Shown: piece by piece, positions 26,259 to 38,500 of the stretch
Position numbering within the stretch: position 1 is the first letter of the stretch
Layout: every line of letters starts with the position of its first letter
Source of the DNA: Nemertoderma westbladi
Taxonomy: Eukaryota > Animalia > Xenacoelomorpha
Direction of reading: 5' to 3'
Assembly (NCBI GenBank): GCA_032718475.1
Contig: JAUCBJ010000616.1
Location: forward strand, 1 to 48,589
Length of the DNA: 48,589 bases
Position numbers and translations under genes: made by a program
Notes under the pieces: generated by a model
Seen by the model: the letters and a program-made list of their open reading frames with translations, nothing else
The model's database searches: none
Told to the model about the DNA's origin: nothing

Positions 26259-28685
26259 GACACCTAGTTAGTTTAGAACAAGGTGTCAGTCGGTCGCAGT
26301 CTGCTGAATGACACCTAGTTAGTACGTCATGGTGTCAGTAGGTCTCAGTCTGCTGAATGACACCTAGTTAGTACGTCATGGTGTCAGTAGGTCTCAGTCT
26401 GCTGAATGACACCTAGTTAGTACGTCATGGTGTCAGTAGGTCTCAGTCTGCAGAATGGCACCTAGTTAGTACGTCATGGTGTCAGTAGGTCTCAGTCTGC
26501 TGAATGACACCTAGTTAGTACGTCATGGTGTCAGTAGGTCTCATTCTGCTGAATGACACCTAGTTAGTACGTCATGGTGTCAGTAGGTCTCAGTCTGCAG
26601 AATGGCACCTAGTTAGTACGTCATGGTGTCAGTAGGTCTCAGTCTGCTGAATGACACCTAGTTAGTACGTCATGGTGTCAGTAGGTCTCAGTCTGCTGAA
26701 TGACACCTAGTTAGAACGTCATGGTGTCAGTAGGTCTCAGTCTGCTGAATGACACCTAGTTAGTACGTCATGGTGTCAGTAGGTCTCAGTCTGCTGAATG
26801 ACACCTAGTTAGTACGTCATGGTGTCAGTAGGTCTCAGTCTGCAGAATGGCACCTAGTTAGTACGTCATGGTGTCAGTAGGTCTCAGTCTGCTGAATGAC
26901 ACCTAGTTAGAACGTCATGGTGTCAGTAGGTCTCAGTCTCCTGAATGACACCTAGTTAGTACGTCATGGTGTCAGTAGGTCTCAGTCTGCAGAATGGCAC
27001 CTAGTTAGTACGTCATGGTGTCAGTAGGTCTCAGTCTGCTGAATGACACCTAGTTAGTATCTCATGGTGTCAGTAGGTCTCAGTCCGCTGACACCTAGTT
27101 AGTACGTCATGGTGTCAGTAGGTCTCAGTCTGCTGAATGACACCTAGTTAGTATCTCATGGTGTCAGTAGGTCTCAGTCCGCTGACACCTAGTTAGTACG
27201 TCATGGTGTCAGTAGGTCTCAGTCTGCTGAATGACACCTAGTTAGTACAAGGTGACAGTAGGTCTCAGTCCGCTGACACCTATTTAGTACGTTTTGGTGT
27301 CAGTAGGTCTCAGTCTGCTGAATGACACCTAGTTAGAACGTCATGGTGTCAGTAGGTCTCAGTCTGCTGAATGACACCTAGTTAGTACGTCATGGTGTCA
27401 GTAGGTCTCAGTCTGCTGAATGACACCTAGTTAGTACGTCATGGTGTCAGTAGGTCTCAGTCCGCTGACACCTAGTTAGTACGTCATGGTGTCAGTAGGT
27501 CTCAGTCTGCTGAATGACACCTAGTTAGTATCTCATGGTGTCAGTAGGTCTCAGTCCGAGGACACCTAGTTAGTACGTCATGGTGTCAGTAGGTCTCAGT
27601 CTGCTGAATGACACCTAGTTAGTACGTCATGATGTCAGTAGGTCTCAGTCTGCTGAATGACACCTAGTTAGTATCTCATGGTGTCAGTAGGTCTCAGTCC
27701 GAGGACACCTAGTTAGTACGTCATGGTGTCAGTAGGTCTCAGTCTGCTGAATGACACCTAGTTAGTACAAGGTGACAGTAGGTCTCAGTCCGCTGACACC
27801 TATTTAGTACGTTTTGGTGTCAGTAGGTCTCAGTCTGCTAAATGACACCTAGTTAGTATCTCATGGTGTCAGTAGGTCTCAGTCCGAGGACACCTAGTTA
27901 GTACGTCATGGTGTCAGTAGGTCTCAGTCTGCTGAATGACACCTAGTTAGTATCTCATGGTGTCAGTAGGTCTCAGTCCGAGGACACCTAGTTAGTACGT
28001 CATGGTGTCAGTAGGTCTCAGTCTGCTGAATGACACCTAGTTAGTACAAGGTGACAGTAGGTCTCAGTCCGCTGACACCTATTTAGTACGTTTTGGTGTC
28101 AGTAGGTATCAGTCTGCTAAATGACACCTAGTTAGAACGTCATGGTGTCAGTAGGTCTCAGTCTGCTGAATGACACCTAGTTAGTACGTCATGGTGTCAG
28201 TAGGTCTCAGTCTGTTGAATGACACCTAGTTAGTACGTCATGGTGTCAGTAGGTATCAGTCTGCTAAATGACACCTAGTTAGAACGTCATGGTGTCAGTA
28301 GGTCGCAGTCTGCTGAATGACACCTAGTTAGTACGTCATGGTGTCAGTAGGTCTCAGTCTGCAGAATGACACCTATTTAGTACGTCATGGTGTCAGTAGG
28401 TCTCAGTCTGCTGAATGACACCTAGTTAGTACGTCATGGTGTCAGTAGGTATCAGTCTGCTGAATGACACCTAGTTAGTACGTCATGGTGTCAGTAGGTC
28501 TCAGTCTGCTGAATGACACCTAGTTAGTACGTCATGGTGTCAGTAGGTCGCAGTCTGCTGAATGACACCTAGTTAGTACGTCATGGTGTCAGTAGGTCTC
28601 AGTCTGCTGAATGACACCTAGTTAGTACGTCATGGTGTCAGTAGGTCTCAGTCTGCTGAATGACACCTAGTTAGTACGTCATGGT
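26259..28685. repeat. 49-bp minisatellite GACACCTAGTTAGTACGTCATGGTGTCAGTAGGTCTCAGTCTGCTGAAT with a 45-bp deletion variant, ~50 copies
   Basis: Period measured 26310->26359. 45-bp units (cagtccgctgacacc / cagtccgaggacacc) occur from about 27080 to 28080. Confidence 0.97.
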
Positions 28686-31224
28686 TATTATTATTATTAT
28701 CTTTTAATCCACGCCATTAAGGCACATAGTAAAAATAAGTACATAATTAAATTGGACAATATTGAATACACAGGTAGATGAGTCTAAATAATATGGAGTA
28801 CATGAAAAGCATAAGTAAGTAATATTATTAACTATTAGCACAGCACAACTATATTACAGTAATTAGTGTTATTTTACGTAATTTAAGTTCAACATTTCAC
28901 GAATACGCGAAACGCCATGTTGGCGACAGATAACAGACACACCCCGTAGGATGCTATTGTCAATGTTGTCAACCCTGTTGAACAAACTCGTAATCGATTT
29001 ATAACGTAAGTGAATGAATAAAGGTATATTCAGTAGACCAAATGTCAGAGAAATACTAGTGGATTCTCCATCAGTTATACGGGGTATTTTAAATAGAAAT
29101 CTAGCACAATTATTGTATGCTACTCGTAGTTTATTATGTGCACTGTCAGAATAGCTGCGCTTTGCCCAGAGCGAGTTGCAATATATGGGGGTGCAATAGG
29201 CTCGGAATAAAGCAAGCTTAACTGGTCGGCTGCAATTGCCAAACTTGCGTAGCAACATATTACCACGTGCGTATAAGCTATTAGTCTGCTTACGGATATC
29301 AAAATCGTCATCTAACGTACAATGTATTAAATGTCCTAAGTAGTTAAATTTATCAACAATATCAAGTTTCACATCATAAAGAAATACTGCGGACTTAGCG
29401 CTGCAGCTTATATCTCTTGGTAAAAAATACATACATTTAGATTTCTTCTTATTGAAAGTCATAGAGTTATTAGAGGCGTAACTAACAGCAACATCTATTA
29501 ACTTTTGTAACCCGTAAATTGAGTTTGACAGCAAACAGATATCATCAGCATAACCCAAGTGATTTACCCTGATATTACCCATATAACATCCAACCCCGCT
29601 TAATGTTAATTGAATGCTTAAATCATCTAAATAAACATTGAAAAACAGGGGAGACAGAATGCCACCCTGTTTTGTACCATTAGTCACCGTAAATTTCGGT
29701 GAGACTATACCCGCCCAAACAACACACATCAACTGCGACCTATACCAATAAATAATCAGACGCACAATATATAGGGGAATATTTCGATCAATAAGTTTGC
29801 GAAAAAGTACAAAGTGGTTAACTTTGTCAAAAGCTTTGCTGGCGTCTAGCATACACACATAAACGGGTGTGTTCTTACTTAAATAATAATTGAGAATCTC
29901 TTTTAGGGCATATACGCAGGTTTCAGTGCCAAGCTTCGACTTGAAGCCAAACTGGTTATCGGTAGTGTACAGAAGGGAAAGACACCTATGTAAGATAACA
30001 TTTTCTAAAATTTTACTGAGCACTGTAGCAATTGAAATACCTCTATAATTATCCTTAGACGTGTGGTCATCATTCTTATCCTTAATTAACGGAATTATAA
30101 TAGATTCCATCATACCAATCGGCATGTAACCGTGGACAAAAATACCAGTAAAAATAATAGATAGAATATTTAACAAAGAAACACAACAGCCATTTATAAA
30201 GTGTTCCGCCAGAAGGCCATCTGGGCCGACGGCCTTGCCACGAGACAGATTATTAATCGCCATAAATGTTTCAACAGGAGATACAATATTATCAGCACCA
30301 AAAACGGTTTCCTTCAAACGACTGTGTACAAACTCTCGACTGGAGTCGTCTTTTACACTATTTAGTAGATCATCAAAATGTGATTTCCACATATCGCAGA
30401 TTTCCCCTGGCCCATTTGCATCACCTACCCTGCTAGGGAGTGGAGCAAAATCGCACGCTTGTTTATGAACCCCAGACCAAAATTCATTACTGCTAGTGCC
30501 TTTAATAAGGGCATTTGCGAGTTTTTCCTCTCGAAATTTTTGTTCATTACGTTTACATTCCCGAAGAGAACGTTTAAATTGTGCTTTGCTGCACAGGTAT
30601 TTCCTATGAATTTCACCATCCCTTGGAGATCCAATAGACCGCCAAGTTTTAAGCCATTTTCTGGACTCCTCGTATTTATCTTTTACAATATCATTCCAGC
30701 CAGGAATGTGGGGGGCAGTGTTACTTTTAGTTTTCCGTGGACTAATAGTAGCATTACCACATGTTAGCAAAATATGCACCAGGTTATTATACAATTCATC
30801 TATATACTTCTTATGAGTTTCACAGTTTGTATCATTGCACACAATAAATGACTCATCAATTGGAAAAAATTCTAAAAGTTGACGAGCCTTAATGAGATAG
30901 TTATTAATTTGCAAAGGTGTGGCGTGTTCCCAATCCAGAGTATTACACGATTTATGTTGCTGAGCAGGAGTGCCGCCAGCACTTTGTCCATTAACTGTGC
31001 CACATATAGACACACTGATAGGAATATGGTCCCTAACACTAATATCGTAGTTCACATTGATGTTTTTTATCAGCTCAATAGCAGATTGGGAACATACAAC
31101 ATGATCCAACCACGATGTTGACGAATGTGCGTCACTCACGTAAGTAAACGTATTGGCTGGCAATAACACTGTATCAATGATAGACAGATTTAACTCACTG
31201 CACCATTCAGATAGATAATTATAC
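28685..31224 (-). mobile_element. 5'-truncated non-LTR retrotransposon (LINE; probably RTE-X-like clade) inserted in the 49-bp array
   Basis: ORF2 followed by a ~170-nt 3' UTR, ATTAAA and a (TAA)5 tail at 28700-28685. The 49-bp repeat is present on both sides. Clade is inferred from remembered motif patterns. Confidence 0.92.
28869..31169 (-). CDS. LINE ORF2 (C-terminal part of APE endonuclease plus complete reverse transcriptase), N-terminally truncated
   Basis: APE end motifs TFTY...SWLDHVV...DHIPI. RT motifs GPDGL, NYRGIS, QFGFK, LDASKAFDKV, GTKQGGILSPLFFNVY, YADD, FNYLG. The frame stays open upstream to the truncation at ~31224 (YNYLSEWCSELNLSIIDTV), so the GTG start in the track is not a real start. 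Confidence 0.95.
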   Translation of the reverse strand: MLLPANTFTYVSDAHSSTSWLDHVVCSQSAIELIKNINVNYDISVRDHIPISVSICGTVNGQSAGGTPAQQHKSCNTLDWEHATPLQINNYLIKARQLLEFFPIDESFIVCNDTNCETHKKYIDELYNNLVHILLTCGNATISPRKTKSNTAPHIPGWNDIVKDKYEESRKWLKTWRSIGSPRDGEIHRKYLCSKAQFKRSLRECKRNEQKFREEKLANALIKGTSSNEFWSGVHKQACDFAPLPSRVGDANGPGEICDMWKSHFDDLLNSVKDDSSREFVHSRLKETVFGADNIVSPVETFMAINNLSRGKAVGPDGLLAEHFINGCCVSLLNILSIIFTGIFVHGYMPIGMMESIIIPLIKDKNDDHTSKDNYRGISIATVLSKILENVILHRCLSLLYTTDNQFGFKSKLGTETCVYALKEILNYYLSKNTPVYVCMLDASKAFDKVNHFVLFRKLIDRNIPLYIVRLIIYWYRSQLMCVVWAGIVSPKFTVTNGTKQGGILSPLFFNVYLDDLSIQLTLSGVGCYMGNIRVNHLGYADDICLLSNSIYGLQKLIDVAVSYASNNSMTFNKKKSKCMYFLPRDISCSAKSAVFLYDVKLDIVDKFNYLGHLIHCTLDDDFDIRKQTNSLYARGNMLLRKFGNCSRPVKLALFRAYCTPIYCNSLWAKRSYSDSAHNKLRVAYNNCARFLFKIPRITDGESTSISLTFGLLNIPLFIHLRYKSITSLFNRVDNIDNSILRGVSVICRQHGVSRIREMLNLNYVK

Positions 31225-31294
31225 GTGTCAGTAGGTGTCAGTAGGTCGCAGTCTGCTGAATGACACCTAGTTTGTACGTCATGGTGTCAGTAGG
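31225..31294. repeat. Continuation of the 49-bp minisatellite beyond the LINE insertion (~1.3 units)
   Basis: gtgtcagtaggtcgcagtctgctgaatgacacctagtttgtacgtcatggtgtcagtagg. Confidence 0.93.
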
Positions 31295-31308
31295 ATACCA
31301 TTACTTAC

Positions 31309-31412
31309 TTTGTTGACCCCACCACCATCGCTCCGTTGTGTTTCTGATGACTATCGAATGTTCCCGAAACATTGACTGCGTTGTTTGTAGGATTGGGAGG
31401 CGAGTTTACAAC
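31309..31412 (-). CDS. Coding exon 3; VVNSPPNPTNNAVNVSGTFDSHQKHNGAMVVGST(K)
   Basis: Acceptor gagtttttatctcag| at 31414-31413; donor AAA|gtaagt at 31308. 104 nt, phase 0/2, which exactly bridges exon 2 (ends phase 0) and exon 4 (starts phase 2). Not in the ORF track. Confidence 0.85.
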
Positions 31413-31598
31413 CTGAGATAAAAACTCATAAATATTATAGGAGTAAAAGGCCTGGAAATAACCCATGTCCGGATTTTATTGATCGGAATTTCTTTATTAC
31501 TGTAGCTGTAAACCAACAGGTGCAGACAATGTGAGTCGGGATGCTACAGAAGTATAAATATTGTATTGGAGTGGTAGTGGTAGTGCACACCCATGCAG

Positions 31599-34243
31599 CA
31601 CTAATGTCCCCCAAACACTCACTAATGTCCCCCAAACACTCACTAATGTCCCCAAACACTCACTAATGTCCCCCAAACACTCACTAATGTCCCCAAAACA
31701 CTCACTAATGTCCCCCAAACACTCACTAATGTCCCCTAAACACTCACTAATGTCCCCCAAACACTCACTAATGTCACCCAAACACTCACTAATGTCCCCA
31801 AACACTCACTAATGTCCCCCAAACACTCACTAATGTCCCCAAACACTCACTAGTGTCCCCCAAACACTCACTAATGTCCCCAAAACACTCACTAATGTCC
31901 CCGAAACACTCACTAATGTCCCCCAAACACTCACTAATGTCCCCAAACACTCACTAATGTCCCCATACACTCACTAATGTCCCCCAAACACTCACTAATG
32001 TCCCCAAAACACTCACTAATGTCCCCGAAACACTCACTAATGTCCCCAAACACTCACTAATGTCCCCCATACACTCACTAATGTCCCCCAAACACTCACT
32101 AATGTCCCCAAAACACTCACTAATGTCCCCCAAACACTCACTAATGTCCCCAAAACACTCACTAATGTCCCCCAAACACTCACTAATGTCCCCCAAACAC
32201 TCACTAATGTCCCCAAACACTCACTAATGTCCCCCATACACTCACTAATGTCCCCCAAACACTCACTAATGTCCCCAAAACACTCACTAATGTCCCCGAA
32301 ACACTCACTAATGTCCCCAAACACTCACTAATCTCCCCCATACACTCACTAATGTCCCCCAAACACTCACTAATGTCCCCAAAACACTAACTAATGTCCC
32401 CGAAACACTCACTAATGTCCCCCAAACACTCACTAATGTCCCCAAACACTCACTAATGTCCCCCATACACTCACTAATGTCCCCCAAACACTCACTAATG
32501 TCCCCAAAACACTCACTAATGTCCCCGAAACACTCACTAATGTCCCCAAACACTCACTAATGTCCCCCATACACTCACTAATGTCCCCCAAACACTCACT
32601 AATGTCCCCAAAACACTCACTAATGTCCCCGAAACACTCACTAATGTCCCCCAAACACTCACTAATGTCCCCAAACACTCACTAATGTCCCCCATACACT
32701 CACTAATGTCCCCCAAACACTCACTAATGTCCCCAAAACACTCACTAATGTCCCCCAAACACTCACTAATGTCCCCAAACACTCACTAATGTCCCCCATA
32801 CACTCACTAATGTCCCCCAAACACTCACTAATGTCCCCAAAACACTCACTAATGTCCCCCAAACACTCACTAATGTCCCCCAAACACTCACTAATGTCCC
32901 CTAAACACTCACTAGTGTCCCCCAAACACTCACTAATGTCACCCAAACACTCACTAATGTCCCCAAACACTCACTAATGTCCCCCAAACACTCACTAATG
33001 TCCCCAAACACTCACTAGTGTCCCCCAAACACTCACTAATGTCACCCAAACACTCACTAATGTCCCCCAAACACTCACTAATGTCCCCCAAACACTCACT
33101 AATGTCCCCCAAACACTCACTAATGTCCCCAAACACTCACTAATGTCCCCCAAACTCTCACTAATGTCCCCAAACACTCACTAATGTCCCCCATACACTC
33201 ACTAATGTCCCCCAAACACTCACTAATGTCCCCAAAACACTCACTAATGTCCCCGAAACACTCACTAATGTCCCCCAAACACTCACTAATATCCCCCAAA
33301 CACTCACTAATGTCCCCAAACACTCACTAATGTCCCCAAACACTCAATAATGTCCCCCAAACACTCACTAATGTCCCCCAAACACTCACTAATGTCCCCC
33401 AAACACTCACTAATGTCCCCAAACACTCACTAATGTCCCCCAAACACTCACTAATGTCCCCAAACACTCACTAATGTCCCCCATACACTCACTAATGTCC
33501 CCCAAACACTCACTAATGTCCCCCAAACACTCACTAATGTCACCCAAACACTCACTAATGTCCCCAAACACTCACTAATGTCCCCCAAACACTCACTAAT
33601 GTCCCCAAACACTCACTAGTGTCCCCCAAACACTCACTAATGTCACCCAAACACTCACTAATGTCCCCCAAACACTCACTAATGTCCCCCAAACACTCAC
33701 TAATGTCCCCCAAACACTCACTAATGTCCCCAAACACTCACTAATGTCCCCCAAACTCTCACTAATGTCCCCAAACACTCACTAATGTCCCCCATACACT
33801 CACTAATGTCCCCCAAACACTCACTAATGTCCCCAAAACACTCACTAATGTCCCCCAAACACTCACTAATGTCCCCCAAACACTCACTAATGTCCCCCAA
33901 ACACTCACTAATGTCCCCCAAACACTCACTAATGTCCCCTAAACACTCACTAGTGTCCCCCAAACACTCACTAATGTCACCCAAACACTCACTAATGTCC
34001 CCCAAACACTCACTAATATCCCCCAAACACTCACTAATGTCCCCAAACACTCACTAATGTCCCCAAACACTCAATAATGTCCCCCAAACACTCACTAATG
34101 TCCCCCAAACACTCACTAATGTCCCCCAAACACTCACTAATGTCCCCAAACACTCACTAATGTCCCCCAAACACTCACTAATGTCCCCAAACACTCACTA
34201 ATGTCCCCCATACACTCACTAATGTCCCCCAAACACTCACTAA
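31599..34243. repeat. 20/21-bp minisatellite CACTAATGTCCCC(C)AAACACT, ~125-130 copies
   Basis: Direct reading. The C-run varies between 4 and 5. A ~601-bp higher-order duplication is present (32954 vs 33555). Confidence 0.97.
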
Positions 34244-34379
34244 CGGATATCCAGTTGCTGTTGCCGGCCAGTCGACCAACGGGGGCGTTACTGCTCCAGC
34301 TGGTAACCCTCACCAATCGGCCAACAAACAAGGTGGTTGGTTAAATAGTAAATATTCCAATGGGGTGGAAAGTGAAAGG

Positions 34380-35545
34380 AATTCTAACTTTCAATTAAAT
34401 AATGTTAACTTGTCTATTGGTAATCTTAATGTAGAGAGTTTGAGCTCAAGGCTCTGTGATCCTTATTTTATCGAAAATGTAAAGCAGCACGATATTTTTG
34501 AATGCACCGAAACAACGTGGATAGGGCCAATATCCAAAGTAGATATAGATATTCAGGGTTACGAACATAAATCAGTAACAAGAAAATATAAAAAGGCAGG
34601 GGCCAAGCGGTTTTCTGGGGGGGTGACAGTATATTATAAAAATGTTCTTGGGTGCGCTATTGAAATATTAAATGGGCCAGAATACGAAGACCTGCTTTGG
34701 CTTATAGGTGAAAAGTGCAAAGACATAGTGCAAAGGCAAAGGACTATGCAAAGATATAGTCATTTGCGCAGTATATGTTGGCGCCGATGGCCTAAGGGTT
34801 TCTTTAACAATCTACTACCTCCAGATTATTTTTACGACTCTGACATGGGGGAGGTTAGGGGAAAATTAGAAACAACTGTGATAAAGTGGTTAACCAATAT
34901 GGGAGAAGACTATTGTAATTGTGCCGGTCGACTGGTCTTAAGATAATGAATGGACGGGTGGGTGAAGACGCTACCCAAGGACAATGCACATACTACTCAG
35001 TATCAGCAGCAACAGGCTTGGCTAAATCAAATATTGACCTTATGCTAGTTGATACTAAATTATTACGCAACACTATAGCTTTCAAGGTTCATGTTGACAG
35101 TATGCTACCTACCAAACACTGCATGGTAAGCGCAACATTAGCCTGGAAAGCTACAATAAGAGAATGTAATACCACCCAGGGAAATAGTGACAAAAAAACA
35201 TACAAATGACTATAGTACACGGTTCTCATGGAAACAGACAAATAGTAGTCAGTTCGTGGATCTACTTGGTTCTAACGAATTTAAAGCCAGCGCAAACAGT
35301 CTCCTAGACGACCTCGGAAGTGGCAGTTACACGCAGGAATCTGTCGAAGAAGCAGCCAAGAAGTTAACAGACTGTAGCGGGACAGTTATTTAAAATACCA
35401 AAGGGCACAGTAGGACAAATAACACATGTAAGAGTAGGGATAGTACTAACGACAATAATGAGTGCCTGTGGTTTAATGACGAATGCTTAGAAAAGCGAAC
35501 GGCATTTAGGAATGCACTCAATAAGTGGAAGTCTGATCGGAGAGT
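34380..35545 (+). pseudogene. Decayed non-LTR retrotransposon ORF2 N-terminus (APE endonuclease and linker), frameshifted, antisense to the host gene
   Basis: Successive frames give LSIGNLNVESL, HDIFECTETTW, RFSGGVTVYYK, KDIVICAVYV, RNNCDKVVNQYGRRLL*LCRSTGLKIMNGRVGED...CTY...SNIDLML, KHCMVSATL, RFSWK and WFNDECLEKRTAFRNALNKWKSDR. These are APE/ORF2 motifs in the expected order. The GDFN motif region appears deleted. Confidence 0.85.
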
Positions 35546-38500
35546 GGCGTCTCAATAAGTGGAAGTCTGATCGGAGAGTGACGTCTCAATAAGTGGAAGT
35601 CTGATCGGAGAGTGACGTCTCAATAAGTGGAAGACTGATCGGAGAGTGACGTCTCAATAAGTGGAAGACTGATCGGAGAGTGACGTCTCAATAAGTGGAA
35701 GTCTGATCGGAGAGTGACGTCTCAATAAGTGGAAGACTGATCGGAGAGTGACGTCTCAATAAGTGGAAGACTGATCGGAGAGTGACGTCTCAATAAGTGG
35801 AAGTCTGATCGGAGAGTGACGTCTCAATAAGTGGAAGACTGATCGGAGAGTGACGTCTCAATAAGTGGAAGACTGATCGGAGAGTGACGTCTCAATAAGT
35901 GGAAGACTGATCGGAGAGTGACGTCTCAATAAGTGGAAGTCTGATCGGAGAGTGACGTCTCAATAAGTGGAAGACTGATCGGAGAGTGACGTCTCAATAA
36001 GTGGAAGACTGATCGGAGAGTGACGTCTCAATAAGTGGAAGACTGATCGGAGAGTGACGTCTCAATAAGTGGAAGACTGATCGGAGAGTGACGTCTCAAT
36101 AAGTGGAAGTCTGATCGGAGAGTGACGGACAGTCTGATCGGAGAGTGGCGTCTCAATAAGTGGAAGTCTGATCGGAGAGTGACGTCTCAATAAGTGGAAG
36201 TCTGATCGGAGAGTGACGTCTCAATAAGTGGAAGACTGATCGGAGAGTGACGTCTCAATAAGTGGAAGACTGATCGGAGAGTGACGTCTCAATAAGTGGA
36301 AGTCTGATCGGAGAGTGACGTCTCAATAAGTGGAAGTCTGATCGGAGAGTGACGTCTCAATAAGTGGAAGACTGATCGGAGAGTGACGTCTCAATAAGTG
36401 GAAGTCTGATCGGAGAGTGACGTCTCAATAAGTGGAAGACTGATCGGAGAGTGACGTCTCAATAAGTGGAAGTCTGATCGGAGAGTGACGTCTCAATAAG
36501 TGGAAGACTGATCGGAGAGTGACGTCTCAATAAGTGGAAGTCTGATCGGAGAGTGACGTCTCAATAAGTGGAAGACTGATCGGAGAGTGACGTCTCAATA
36601 AGTGGAAGTCTGATCGGAGAGTGACGTCTCAATAAGTGGAAGACTGATCGGAGAGTGACGTCTCAATAAGTGGAAGTCTGATCGGAGAGTGACGTCTCAA
36701 TAAGTGGAAGTCTGATCGGAGAGTGACGTCTCAATAAGTGGAAGACTGATCGGAGAGTGACGTCTCAATAAGTGGAAGACTGATCGGAGAGTGACGTCTC
36801 AATAAGTGGAAGTCTGATCGGAGAGTGACGTCTCAATAAGTGGAAGTCTGATCGGAGAGTGACGTCTCAATAAGTGGAAGACTGATCGGAGAGTGACGTC
36901 TCAATAAGTGGAAGTCTGATCGGAGAGTGACGTCTCAATAAGTGGAAGACTGATCGGAGAGTGACGTCTCAATAAGTGGAAGTCTGATCGGAGAGTGACG
37001 TCTCAATAAGTGGAAGACTGATCGGAGAGTGACGTCTCAATAAGTGGAAGTCTGATCGGAGAGTGACGTCTCAATAAGTGGAAGTCTGATCGGAGAGTGA
37101 CGTCTCAATAAGTGGAAGACTGATCGGAGAGTGACGTCTCAATAAGTGGAAGACTGATCGGAGAGTGACGTCTCAATAAGTGGAAGACTGATCGGAGAGT
37201 GACGTCTCAATAAGTGGAAGTCTGATCGGAGAGTGACGTCTCAATAAGTGGAAGTCTGATCGGAGAGTGACGTCTCAATAAGTGGAAGACTGATCGGAGA
37301 GTGACGTCTCAATAAGTGGAAGTCTGATCGGAGAGTGACGTCTCAATAAGTGGAAGTCTGATCGGAGAGTGGCGTCTCAATAAGTGGAAGTCTGATCGGA
37401 GAGTGACGTCTCAATAAGTGGAAGTCTGATCGGAGAGTGACGTCTCAATAAGTGGAAGACTGATCGGAGAGTGACGTCTCAATAAGTGGAAGTCTGATCG
37501 GAGAGTGACGTCTCAATAAGTGGAAGACTGATCGGAGAGTGACGTCTCAATAAGTGGAAGACTGATCGGAGAGTGACGTCTCAATAAGTGGAAGACTGAT
37601 CGGAGAGTGACGTCTCAATAAGTGGAAGACTGATCGGAGAGTGACGTCTCAATAAGTGGAAGTCTGATCGGAGAGTGACGGACAGTCTGATCGGAGAGTG
37701 GCGTCTCAATAAGTGGAAGTCTGATCGGAGAGTGACGTCTCAATAAGTGGAAGTCTGATCGGAGAGTGACGTCTCAATAAGTGGAAGACTGATCGGAGAG
37801 TGACGTCTCAATAAGTGGAAGACTGATCGGAGAGTGACGTCTCAATAAGTGGAAGTCTGATCGGAGAGTGACGTCTCAATAAGTGGAAGTCTGATCGGAG
37901 AGTGACGTCTCAATAAGTGGAAGACTGATCGGAGAGTGACGTCTCAATAAGTGGAAGACTGATCGGAGAGTGACGTCTCAATAAGTGGAAGTCTGATCGG
38001 ACCGTGACGGACAGTCTGATCGGAGAGTGACGTCTCAATAAGTGGAAGTCTGATCGGAGAGTGACGGACAGTCTGATCGGAGAGTGGCGTCTCAATAAGT
38101 GGAAGTCTGATCGGAGAGTGGCGTCTCAATAAGTGGAAGTCTGATCGGAGAGTGACGTCTCAATAAGTGGAAGTCTGATCGGAGAGTGACGTCTCAATAA
38201 GTGGAAGACTGATCGGAGAGTGACGTCTCAATAAGTGGAAGACTGATCGGAGAGTGACGTCTCAATAAGTGGAAGTCTGATCGGAGAGTGACGTCTCAAT
38301 AAGTGGAAGTCTGATCGGAGAGTGACGTCTCAATAAGTGGAAGACTGATCGGAGAGTGACGTCTCAATAAGTGGAAGACTGATCGGAGAGTGACGTCTCA
38401 ATAAGTGGAAGTCTGATCGGAGAGTGACGGACAGTCTGATCGGAGAGTGACGTCTCAATAAGTGGAAGTCTGATCGGAGAGTGACGGACAGTCTGATCGG

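Noticed and set aside
29120-31121. Small ORFs overlapping the LINE ORF2, and similar short ORFs in the 20/21-mer and 34-mer arrays
   Set aside because: They are shadow frames of ORF2 or translations of tandem repeats.
28869-31169. RT next to repeat arrays as a retron, DGR or telomerase-like repeat-synthesising system
   Set aside because: The RT has a standard APE-RT LINE architecture, 5' truncation and a (TAA)n tail, and it interrupts a pre-existing array. No template for any array lies inside it.
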